Positions 1 to 7,536 of a DNA stretch of 14,783 bases are shown here, one piece after another. Both the position numbers and the translations under genes were made by a program. The DNA is from a bacterium (GTDB lineage: Bacteria > Arandabacterota > Arandabacteria > Arandabacterales > JALGWA01). Under the pieces are notes generated by a model. It made no database searches. It saw only the letters and a program-made list of their open reading frames with translations, and was not told where the DNA came from. The stretch is from contig JASFEA010000080.1 in assembly GCA_050125095.1 (NCBI GenBank), forward strand, positions 1 to 14,783, read 5' to 3'. Every line of letters starts with the position of its first letter. Position 1 is the stretch's first letter.

Positions 1-490
1 GCGCTTCGCCGAGGCGCTCGCGTTCGCCTACCACCGTACGCATGGCGTCGACACCAAGATCGCCAGGATATTCAACACATACGGGCCGCGCATGCGATCC
101 GGAGACGGACGCGTCGTGCCCAATTTTATAATGCAGGCCATTGAAGGCAAACCGCTCACCGTATACGGCGACGGCAAACAGACGAGGAGTTTCTGCTTCG
201 TTTCCGACCTGATCGAGGGGATATACCGGCTGCTGGTTTCCGACGTGAACGATCCTGTGAACGTCGGCAACCCGCATGAGATGACCATTCTCGAGTTCGC
301 CGAGAAGATCATCGAGGTTACCGGCGCCAAGAGCGACCTCGTTTTCGAGAAGCTCCCGGTGGACGATCCCAAGGTGAGGCAGCCCGACATAGGGCGCGCG
401 AAGAGTCTTTTCGGCTGGGAACCCGTCGTGTCCATCGAAGAAGGCCTCAAGCGCACAGTCGATTACTTCAGCAATATAGCCGGAAAATAA
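1..490 (+). CDS. NAD-dependent epimerase/dehydratase, UDP-glucuronate decarboxylase (UXS)-like; 5'-truncated
   Basis: Frame is open from base 2: [31 protein letters not shown]...[39 protein letters not shown]...PVNVGNP...[10 protein letters not shown]. These are UXS-subfamily extended-SDR signatures. Stop TAA at 488-490. Confidence 0.88.
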   Translation, partial: RFAEALAFAYHRTHGVDTKIARIFNTYGPRMRSGDGRVVPNFIMQAIEGKPLTVYGDGKQTRSFCFVSDLIEGIYRLLVSDVNDPVNVGNPHEMTILEFAEKIIEVTGAKSDLVFEKLPVDDPKVRQPDIGRAKSLFGWEPVVSIEEGLKRTVDYFSNIAGK

Positions 491-515
491 CACCGGTTCA
501 GAACTGGAGGAGCAT

Positions 516-1526
516 ATGGTAAGGGTAGCTGTAGTCGGGGCCGGCTACTGGGGACCCAATTTCATAAGGGTCATCGAAGAGCTCGGCGACTCGGAGCTCG
601 TGGCCGTCTGCGACAAAGACCCGGCGAAACTGGATAAGGTGACCGACCAGTATCCTCTGGTCAATGTCACGGACGACTTCGACGCCCTGATCGGGCGCGA
701 CGACCTCGACGCCGTCATAGTCGCGACGGGCTCGGAGGCCCATTATTCGGTCGCGAAGGCATGTCTCATGAAAGACAAGCACGTGCTGGTCGAGAAGCCC
801 ATTTCCCTGAAGTCGGCGGATGCCGACGAACTCGTGGGACTTGCGCGAGACCGCGGCAAGGTGCTGCTCGTCGGGCACCTTCTCAGGTACCACAGCGGCG
901 TGATCAAGCTCAAGGAGTACATCGACAGCAAGGCGATCGGGGACGTGCTCTACGTTTACACGACGCGGGTCAACCTGGGCAGGGTGAGAAAAGAAGAGAA
1001 CGCGATGTGGAGTTTCGCGACGCATGACATTTACGTCGTGATGTATCTCCTGGGGGCCGACCCGTTGTCCGTTACGGCGTCCGGCCAGTCGTATGTCCGG
1101 AAGGGCGTCCATGACGTGGTATTTCTCACGCTGCACTTCCCGGGCGACGTTATGGCGCATCTTCACGTCAGCTGGCTCGACCCCCACAAGATCCGCAAGA
1201 CCACGGTCGTGGGCGACAAGAAGATGGCTGTTCTGGACGACACCGCGGCCACCGAGAAACTCCGCATATACGATAAGGGCATCGACTACACTCCGTCTTA
1301 CGGCGACTACGGGGAATCGCTCTCGGTCCGCATCGGGGATATCAGCATTCCCAAGCTCGACATGAAGGAGCCGCTGAAGGTGGAGTGCCAGCATTTCCTT
1401 GACTGCATTATTAAGGGCGACGAGCCGCTCACGGGTGGAGAACAGGGCCGCAAGGTCATCCAGATCCTGGAAGCCGCGGACCAGTCGCTCCGCGAAGAGA
1501 GCCGGGCGATCCCCATCGGAGGCTGA
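516..1526 (+). CDS. Gfo/Idh/MocA family oxidoreductase (WbpB/WlbA-like UDP-sugar 3-dehydrogenase)
   Basis: GAGYWG Rossmann motif, HVLVEKP and VGHLLRYH; GGAGG RBS upstream; context of sugar acetyltransferase and aminotransferase genes. Confidence 0.85.
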   Translation: MVRVAVVGAGYWGPNFIRVIEELGDSELVAVCDKDPAKLDKVTDQYPLVNVTDDFDALIGRDDLDAVIVATGSEAHYSVAKACLMKDKHVLVEKPISLKSADADELVGLARDRGKVLLVGHLLRYHSGVIKLKEYIDSKAIGDVLYVYTTRVNLGRVRKEENAMWSFATHDIYVVMYLLGADPLSVTASGQSYVRKGVHDVVFLTLHFPGDVMAHLHVSWLDPHKIRKTTVVGDKKMAVLDDTAATEKLRIYDKGIDYTPSYGDYGESLSVRIGDISIPKLDMKEPLKVECQHFLDCIIKGDEPLTGGEQGRKVIQILEAADQSLREESRAIPIGG

Positions 1527-1529
1527 AGC

Positions 1530-2285
1530 ATGGAAAGACATATCGATCCCACCGCCAAGATTGCAGAGGGAGTGGAGCTCGGGACTTATGTGCACATCGG
1601 GGCGAACGTCTCGATAGGAGAGGGCTCGCGGGTAGGCAACTTCGTGGTGATACACGACGACACCGAGATAGGCAGAAACGTGACCATAGGGGACAACACG
1701 GTTGTCGGGAAGACCCCGATGCGCGCGTCTATAAGCACGCTCAAAGAGAAGAAGCTCCCGCCAGCCGTAATATCCGACAGGGTCATGATGGGGAGTTCAG
1801 TCTCCGTATACCGGGGCTCCAGGATCGGCGAGGGAGTGATGATAGCCGACCTCGCGTCCGTTAGGGAAGACGTGGAGGTGGGCAAGCACACCATCGTCGG
1901 GCGCGGCGTTGCCATCGAGAACAACACGCGCGTTGGGAACTACGTCAAGCTCGAGACAAACTCCTACATCACGGCGCACAGCATAGTGGAAGACAGATGC
2001 TTCATAGCGCCTGGCGTCACCACGTCCAACGACAATTTCCTCGGGAGAACGGAGGAGAGGTTCAAATACACCAAGGGCCCGCATATCCGCAAGGGGGCCA
2101 GGGTGGGCGCCAACGCCACGCTGCTGCCGGGCATCACCCTCGGTGAGGACGCGGTCGTCGGCGCCGGCTCCGTGGTCACGAAGGACGTGCCGCCGAGGAA
2201 GACGGTCATAGGCGTCCCCGCCGGCATTGTCAGGGACACGCCCAAGGAGCAACGGGTGGAAGCGCAGGGCTATCCAGAGGACTAG
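1530..2285 (+). CDS. Hexapeptide-repeat (left-handed beta-helix) sugar N-acetyltransferase, WbpD/WlbB-like
   Basis: Extensive [LIV]GxxxxI hexapeptide repeats; C-terminal VGANATLLPGITLGEDAVVGAGSVVTKDVP...GVPA. Confidence 0.85.
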   Translation: MERHIDPTAKIAEGVELGTYVHIGANVSIGEGSRVGNFVVIHDDTEIGRNVTIGDNTVVGKTPMRASISTLKEKKLPPAVISDRVMMGSSVSVYRGSRIGEGVMIADLASVREDVEVGKHTIVGRGVAIENNTRVGNYVKLETNSYITAHSIVEDRCFIAPGVTTSNDNFLGRTEERFKYTKGPHIRKGARVGANATLLPGITLGEDAVVGAGSVVTKDVPPRKTVIGVPAGIVRDTPKEQRVEAQGYPED

Positions 2286-2358
2286 TGCGCGCGCGGCGGG
2301 CAGGCATTAAAACCTGGAGACGGAAAAAGGACGACTATATTGTTCAGGAGGTAAGGAG

Positions 2359-3456
2359 TTGAAGGTTCCCCTAATCGACCTGGTAAGGCAGTACAAGTCA
2401 CTCAAGAATGAAATCGACGCCGGAATGGCGGAGGTGGTCGAAAGCGGCAGGTTCATCATGGGGCCGTGGGTCGCGGAGATCGAGAAAGAGCTGAGCGGCC
2501 TCATGGGCACCAAGTATGGCATGGGTGTCGCCTCGGGTACGGACGCGCTCGAAGTCGCCCTTCGCGCTGTGGACCTCAAGCCGGGCGACGAAGTGATCAC
2601 GACGCCCTTCTCGTTCGTGTCGGTCGCCGAGGTCGCGGTGAAGATGGGTGCGGGCTGCGTGTTCGTCGATATCGATCCCGATAACTTCAACATGATCCCC
2701 GCCCGGATCGAAGATGCCATTACGGATAAGACAAGGGCGATAGTCCCCGTTCATCTCTTCGGACAGAGCGCCGACATGGACGCCATAAACGAGATCGCCG
2801 CAGAGAAGGGGATCCCGGTCATAGAGGACGCCTGCCAGGCAATCGGCTCGCGCTACAAGGACAGGCCCGTGGGCTCGCTCGGCGACCTGGCGACTCTGAG
2901 CTTCTTCCCGACTAAGAACCTGGGCTGCTACGGCGACGGCGGCATGGTGCTGACAAGCGACGACGGCTATTACGAGCTCGCCTCCAGCATCAGGAAACAC
3001 GGCGAGTCTGAGCGCTACAAGTACAAGTATATCGGCATGAACAGCCGGCTCGATTCCATACAGGCGGCGGTGCTTCTCGCCAAGGCGAAGAAGATAGAAC
3101 AGTGGAACGAGAGAAGGCGCGAGATAGCGGGCATATACAGGGAGGCCTTCGCCGACGTACCGGTCGAAACGCCCATCGAGGAAGACTACGCCTATCACAT
3201 CTACCACCAGTATACAGTCAAGGTGGAGAAGCGCGACGAGCTGAAGGCCTTCCTCACTGAAAAGGGCGTGGGTTGCGCGATTCATTACCCGCTCGGGATT
3301 CACCTTCAGGAAGCATATGCGGCGCTCGGCTACAGACCCGGTGACCTGCCCAACACCGAGGAGGCTGCCGCCCGGGTCCTGTCGCTTCCCGTGTTCCCGG
3401 AGCTGGAGCAGGCGGAGATGGAATACGTCATCTCGACGGTAAAAGAGTTCTTCTAG
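2359..3456 (+). CDS. DegT/DnrJ/EryC1/StrS family PLP-dependent sugar aminotransferase (WbpE/WlbC-like)
   Basis: SGTDAL, PVHLFGQ, IEDACQA and SFFPTKNLGCYGDGG (PLP-binding Lys); TTG start with AGGAGG at 2346-2351. Confidence 0.92.
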   Translation: MKVPLIDLVRQYKSLKNEIDAGMAEVVESGRFIMGPWVAEIEKELSGLMGTKYGMGVASGTDALEVALRAVDLKPGDEVITTPFSFVSVAEVAVKMGAGCVFVDIDPDNFNMIPARIEDAITDKTRAIVPVHLFGQSADMDAINEIAAEKGIPVIEDACQAIGSRYKDRPVGSLGDLATLSFFPTKNLGCYGDGGMVLTSDDGYYELASSIRKHGESERYKYKYIGMNSRLDSIQAAVLLAKAKKIEQWNERRREIAGIYREAFADVPVETPIEEDYAYHIYHQYTVKVEKRDELKAFLTEKGVGCAIHYPLGIHLQEAYAALGYRPGDLPNTEEAAARVLSLPVFPELEQAEMEYVISTVKEFF

Positions 3457-3470
3457 AACCGAAGACATGA

Positions 3471-3491
3471 GGGTGCCCTTGACGGGCGCCC
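3471..3491 (+). terminator. GC-rich hairpin after the aminotransferase; possible terminator or mRNA-stabilising stem
   Basis: GGGTGCCC-TTGAC-GGGCGCCC, an 8-bp stem with one G-U pair, 14 nt after the stop. No U-tract. Confidence 0.35.
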
Positions 3492-3721
3492 CATCGTCCC
3501 GCCGGTCCATCTGCCATATTCTCGGCTCGGAGGCGCTCGGCATGCAATGGGGATTCTGTATTCAAAATCACCTGATTCCAGGCCGGCCCTGGCTCGGCCG
3601 GGATCGGCGACATCGCATGTCCGCTGCCCCCGGGGGGACATCAGGCGGCATGATGGGGGGAGTAATCACATACGGCAAATTCTGAGCACTTTAAGCGATT
3701 CCTGTAACCTCTTAAAATGCC

Positions 3722-3750
3722 TTGACAAGAAATTGCCTGCTTTCTATGAT
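3722..3750 (+). promoter_or_regulatory. Sigma70-type promoter for the wecA-like gene
   Basis: TTGACA (3722-3727), 17-nt spacer, TATGAT (3745-3750), in an AT-rich patch. Confidence 0.75.
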
Positions 3751-3787
3751 ACCAACGGTTGGGAATAGCCAGGGGGGCGTGTACGTG

Positions 3788-4960
3788 ATGAACTTGCTGC
3801 TATTTATAGGGGCCGGGTTGTTGGGATTCAGTTTTTCCCTGGCATGCGTCCCCTTGAGCAGCCGCATATCGAGGTTCGTCCGGGCGGTGGACCATCCAGT
3901 GCCGGAGAAAGTCCACAGGAAGCCGATGCCCCGGCTCGGAGGGCTGGCCATCTACCTGGGGTTCTGGCTGAGCGTATTCGTGCTGTATCTGGTTTACGGC
4001 GAGGCCCTCGGGGCCTTCGAGCGCCAGGTCCAGGGCCTTCTCCTGGGCAGTTCCCTTATTCTTTCGGTAGGCATACTGGATGACATCTTCGGGCTCGGCG
4101 CCTGGGTGAAGCTCTTTGTTGAGATCGCCGCGGCCGTCGTAGTGGTGAGCTTCGGTTTCCGTATGCTCCCGGCAGGCAGCCTTGGCTTCCTGGGCGGCGC
4201 CGGCGAGGTCGTCGTTCTTGCGGGCAGCATCGTCTGGATTGTCTGGGTGACCAATGTCTTCAATCTCGCCGACGGACTCGACGGCCTGGCGGCCGGCATC
4301 GGCGGCATCGTGAGCCTGAGCATCATGGTTCTGGGGCTGAGTCTCGGTGTCCCCTGGGTCGGCCTGCTGAGCATTATCCTCTTCGGCGTGTGCACGGGTT
4401 TTCTGGTTCACAATTTCCCGCCGGCCCGAATCTTCATGGGAGACAGCGGCAGCCTCTTCCTGGGTTTCACCTTCGCCTCCGTAATCATGGGAGTCGCGGG
4501 CGTTGACGGCGGGCACGGCATATCGCTGCTGGGCATTCTCGCTCTCGGAGTTCCCATGATCGACGGTATCGGCGCCGTCTTGCGGAGGCTGATCAACCGC
4601 CAGAGCATCATGACGGGTGACCGCGACCACCTGCATTACAAGCTGCTGCTCAGGAACGGGAGCAGGCGCAGAGTGGCCCTGGTGATCTACCTGATGACGG
4701 TGGGCTTCAGCGGCCTATCGCTTCTCATCTACTTCAAGTTCAACGGGCACGGACCGCTGCTTGCGCTGGCAAGCACATGCGTCGCGGCGGTGCTGGTTGT
4801 GAAGCGCTTCAGGCTGCTCGAGCTCTACATAAGCAAGTATCATCTTCTCCCCGGAAAGAGCCTCTCCGGGTTCCTTCTGGATGAGAGCGGGGAGGTCCGG
4901 ACGATTCCCGGCTCGAAACCCTCAGGCGACAAGGAGAAGACACTCGCTCCGACCCGCTAG
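3788..4960 (+). CDS. MraY/WecA/TagO family undecaprenyl-phosphate GlcNAc-1-phosphate transferase
   Basis: Multi-TM protein with KVHRKPMPRLGGLAI, GILDD, NVFNLADGLDGLA, HNFPPARIFMGDSGS and DRDHLHY. Start moved to ATG 3788 because the ORF-track start (TTG 3722) is the -35 box. Confidence 0.9.
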   Translation: MNLLLFIGAGLLGFSFSLACVPLSSRISRFVRAVDHPVPEKVHRKPMPRLGGLAIYLGFWLSVFVLYLVYGEALGAFERQVQGLLLGSSLILSVGILDDIFGLGAWVKLFVEIAAAVVVVSFGFRMLPAGSLGFLGGAGEVVVLAGSIVWIVWVTNVFNLADGLDGLAAGIGGIVSLSIMVLGLSLGVPWVGLLSIILFGVCTGFLVHNFPPARIFMGDSGSLFLGFTFASVIMGVAGVDGGHGISLLGILALGVPMIDGIGAVLRRLINRQSIMTGDRDHLHYKLLLRNGSRRRVALVIYLMTVGFSGLSLLIYFKFNGHGPLLALASTCVAAVLVVKRFRLLELYISKYHLLPGKSLSGFLLDESGEVRTIPGSKPSGDKEKTLAPTR

Positions 4961-4964
4961 GGGC

Positions 4965-5519
4965 CTACCGGTACATTGCCTTAATTCTGCCCCATGTGCC
5001 GGATTCTACCGCCGATCCGGGTGGTCCGTCGAAGTACAGGCAGTCGAGCCTTATCCTGGTGCCGCTGAGATTGAGGATGCGTAAGGTGAAGGTGCCCTGT
5101 TCGATATTGAGGAAGTCGCTCCCGGCGACTTCGGTGTAGAGAACGGCCGATCACCCGATGCCGAGGCCGAGGGTGTGATAATAGGACTCGAGATCGCCGC
5201 CGCCCTGGGCGCCGCCTGTTATGGTCATGCGCGCATCGCCTTCATAGTCGAGCTCATTGGCCGAGCGCAGCGTGTCGGCATAAGCGGCCGGCGCCGGGAC
5301 GGTAAGGCTCAGCTCGATCCACTCTCCGGGCGAATCGAATCCCTCAACTGCATAGCCGCCGCTGGCGGCGCCGCAGATTGTCACGTGTATTTCCTCTCCG
5401 CCCGTGTTGAACGAGGCGGTGTAGGTCTCGGCCTCCACGGTGATCTGGTGGGCGTAGGTGCATGCGGGCAATAGAACGGCGACTAACGCGGCCGCCATAA
5501 CCGCTGGCAATCTGACCAA
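4965..5519 (-). CDS. Secreted CBM6/CBM35-like protein with in-frame UGA at codon 123; putative selenoprotein, 184 aa
   Basis: TTG start at 5519 with AGGAGG 7 nt upstream and signal peptide MVRLPAVMAAALVAVLLPACTYA. After the TGA (5151-5153) the frame continues SAVLYTEVAGSDFLNIEQGTFTLRILNLSGTRIRLDCLYFDGPPGSAVESGTWGRIKAMYR to TAG 4965-4967. The C-terminus matches the neighbours' motif, and a SECIS-like hairpin follows the UGA. Confidence 0.72.
5112..5132 (-). promoter_or_regulatory. Candidate bacterial SECIS element
   Basis: mRNA reads GAAGUCGC-CGGGA-GCGACUUC: a perfect 8-bp stem starting 18 nt 3' of the UGA, with a 5-nt loop starting 26 nt 3' of it and G at loop position 2. Confidence 0.62.
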
Positions 5520-5560
5520 TATACGGCCTCCTCTTGTCCGGTTAGCATTAGTTACTATAT

Positions 5561-5589
5561 ATATTACCATTAACGGCGCGACAATACAA
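5561..5589 (-). promoter_or_regulatory. Sigma70-type promoter for the UGA-containing gene
   Basis: Minus strand TTGTAT (5589-5584), 17-nt spacer, TAATAT (5566-5561), preceded by a TGn extended -10; AT-rich. Confidence 0.55.
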
Positions 5590-5605
5590 GCGGTTTAGGC
5601 CTGAT

Positions 5606-5639
5606 TGGGGTCAGACTATGGGGTCAGGTCTTGAATTGC
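5606..5639. repeat. TGGGGTCAG direct repeat / REP-like half element
   Basis: TGGGGTCAG at 5606-5614 and 5619-5627; the second copy extends as GGGGTCAGGTCTTGAATTGC. Confidence 0.35.
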
Positions 5640-5685
5640 ACAATGGAGTAGGCCCCCAAAAGCGCAATTTCGGGAGCCGCCCCGC

Positions 5686-6558
5686 CTAGCGGTAAATCGA
5701 CTTGATGCTGCCCCATGACGTCTTCTCGAGGACCGTGGGACCATGGCACCCCAGGTAGATCCGCCACGCCAGTTCGCAGTATCCATACTGGGTCGCGTCC
5801 TCGGTTGTATCCTGCAGATCCTTGAACCGGAGCGGGGGGCAATATTCGAACCCCTTGCCGAAGTAACCGGAGTGCATCACGGCGTAGTGGCTGCTGTACG
5901 GCCTGGGGAAGAGAGCTTCAAGGCAGCCGTAATCATGCATGTCGCAACCCTGCTCGACACTCATCCCTATGTTGTCTGTGCCCAGAAATGCCGGACATAC
6001 CCCATGGATGTCGTCAGTATACGTCCAGGTAACGAGCACATTCGGGCCTGAAAGCGGCTGGCCGGGATCAATACAGCAAGGAGTCAGGCAGAGCGCTGGG
6101 TCAACGGGAATCTCAATCCACCCCGAGTTTCCCTGAAGCCACAGCGGCCCGCTGTCCCAGAGAGGGGGACCCAACGGGCATCCGTTCTCGTCCGCGCAGT
6201 ATACTTCCATTTCGGCCGACATGTTTCCACAGTAGATTGGGCCGCTTCCGGTGAAATCGAGCACGCGGATCAATTCCAGAGTCTGGCATGCCGCGGGATC
6301 GCAAGGGGAGAAGCCCGACATTGAATTATCACCTATCCGGAACCAGGTTCCCACTACATCTCCCTGCTCGAATTCCCAACCCCACCACCATGAGTAAGTG
6401 GGGCAGGGGATGAAGTAATAGTAGTTGAGAGCGCAGCCATCCAGGGACTCCATCCCGAAGTCGTCGCGAAATTCATAGGCCCTGCCCTCAAGGGCGAGTG
6501 CCGGGGCCGTCCCAAGCAGTACCGCGCAGGCCGCAAGCATCATCACACGGGTTCTCAT
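5686..6558 (-). CDS. Secreted Cys/aromatic-rich hypothetical protein (paralog B) with C-terminal SWGSIKSIYR
   Basis: AGGAGGA RBS, signal peptide ending PALA, 17 Cys; co-linear with the upstream paralog (NYYYxIPCPTYSW, RVLDFTG, PRPY..MHSG, ELAWRIYL). Confidence 0.85.
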   Translation of the reverse strand: MRTRVMMLAACAVLLGTAPALALEGRAYEFRDDFGMESLDGCALNYYYFIPCPTYSWWWGWEFEQGDVVGTWFRIGDNSMSGFSPCDPAACQTLELIRVLDFTGSGPIYCGNMSAEMEVYCADENGCPLGPPLWDSGPLWLQGNSGWIEIPVDPALCLTPCCIDPGQPLSGPNVLVTWTYTDDIHGVCPAFLGTDNIGMSVEQGCDMHDYGCLEALFPRPYSSHYAVMHSGYFGKGFEYCPPLRFKDLQDTTEDATQYGYCELAWRIYLGCHGPTVLEKTSWGSIKSIYR

Positions 6559-6570
6559 TGCAGTCCTCCT

Positions 6571-7437
6571 TCACCGGTACATGGACTTGATATTGCCCCA
6601 GGTGGCCGGCTCGGTCTCCGAGGGGCCGTAACACGTCAGGTATATCCTCCAGGCCAGTTCTATGTACCCGTAGTCGGTGGCGTCGGGCGTGGTGTCTCGA
6701 CCGTCCTTGAACCACTGCGGAGGACAGTATGTGAAGTCCTGTCCGTAGAAGCCCGAGTGCATGGTGGTGTAATAGCTGTTATAAGGCCTGGGGTAGATGC
6801 TCGAAAGGCAGCTGATGTCATGCATTTCGCAGCCGGCCTCGAGGTTGGAGCTGACGTTGTCGGTGCCCCACTCCGGGTAGAAGTGGTGTCTGCCGACATG
6901 TTTCGCTGTTATGAGTACTCTGGGTGCCGACGGCTGGCCGCCCGGGATGACGGAGCAATCGCATATGCTCAGGGGAGGATCCACAGAAATGTAGTTCCAC
7001 CCAAATCCCGTCTTCCAGGGACCCATCGACCAGAGCGAGGGGCCGACTGGGCAGCCGTATTCGTCGCAGCAATAGATATCGAATTCCACCTCGTGATGAG
7101 ACGGGTATGGAATGCCGTATCCGGTGAAGTCCAGGACCCGGAACATGTCCAGCGTATGGCATTCGTCCGGGTCACAGGCTGTGCCTGTAGCCATTGAAAT
7201 GTCACCGACCTGAAAGAAGGCCCCGACTATGTCATCTTGCTCCCAGCCCTCGAAGCTCCAGAACCATGAGTAAGTCGGGCAGGGTATGTAGTAGTAGTAG
7301 TTGAGATAGCAGTCTTCCAGGGACTCCATCCCGAAATCCTCTCTGATCTGATACGCCCTGCCATCAAAGCTCAACGCGGGACAGGCGGATACGATTACTG
7401 CCAAGACGACGGTGAATGCAATAATAGTATTCCGCAT
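6571..7437 (-). CDS. Secreted Cys/aromatic-rich hypothetical protein (paralog A) with C-terminal TWGNIKSMYR, 288 aa
   Basis: True start is ATG 7437 (MRNTIIAFTVVLAVIVSACPALS) with AGGAGGT RBS at 7444-7450; 14 Cys; aligns end to end with 5686..6558. Confidence 0.85.
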   Translation of the reverse strand: MRNTIIAFTVVLAVIVSACPALSFDGRAYQIREDFGMESLEDCYLNYYYYIPCPTYSWFWSFEGWEQDDIVGAFFQVGDISMATGTACDPDECHTLDMFRVLDFTGYGIPYPSHHEVEFDIYCCDEYGCPVGPSLWSMGPWKTGFGWNYISVDPPLSICDCSVIPGGQPSAPRVLITAKHVGRHHFYPEWGTDNVSSNLEAGCEMHDISCLSSIYPRPYNSYYTTMHSGFYGQDFTYCPPQWFKDGRDTTPDATDYGYIELAWRIYLTCYGPSETEPATWGNIKSMYR

Positions 7438-7498
7438 CGCTGGACCTCCTTGATCCTCATATCTTCTGCTCGCTCGCCCTGTAAGCTCGCACGGTCTG

Positions 7499-7527
7499 AT
7501 TATACCACGCCGTCCCCCGGTACTCAA
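7499..7527 (-). promoter_or_regulatory. Sigma70-type promoter for the paralog pair
   Basis: Minus strand TTGAGT (7527-7522), 17-nt spacer, TATAAT (7504-7499), with a TGn extended -10. Confidence 0.7.
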
Positions 7528-7536
7528 TCCCATTTC

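Noticed and set aside
3457-3720. Small ORF or structured ncRNA in the gap between the aminotransferase and wecA
   Set aside because: The short ORFs lack convincing RBS or protein-like composition, and I recognise no RNA family beyond local GC hairpins.
5151-5153. Genome-wide UGA reassignment to Trp or Gly
   Set aside because: TGA is the evident stop of several genes (1526, 6571, 9340, 11512, 13620, 14354), and no other gene has an internal TGA.
5151-5570. 139-aa ORF as called by the track
   Set aside because: Both ends are likely wrong. The RBS and promoter point to TTG 5519 (the ATG at 5570 lies inside the promoter), and the coding signal continues past the TGA to 4965.
7381-7437. Lipoprotein signal (VSAC) in paralog A
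   Set aside because: The lipobox-like sequence is present, but the paralog lacks the equivalent Cys and both share a PAL[A/S] SPase I site before the conserved mature N-terminus. Not fully excluded.
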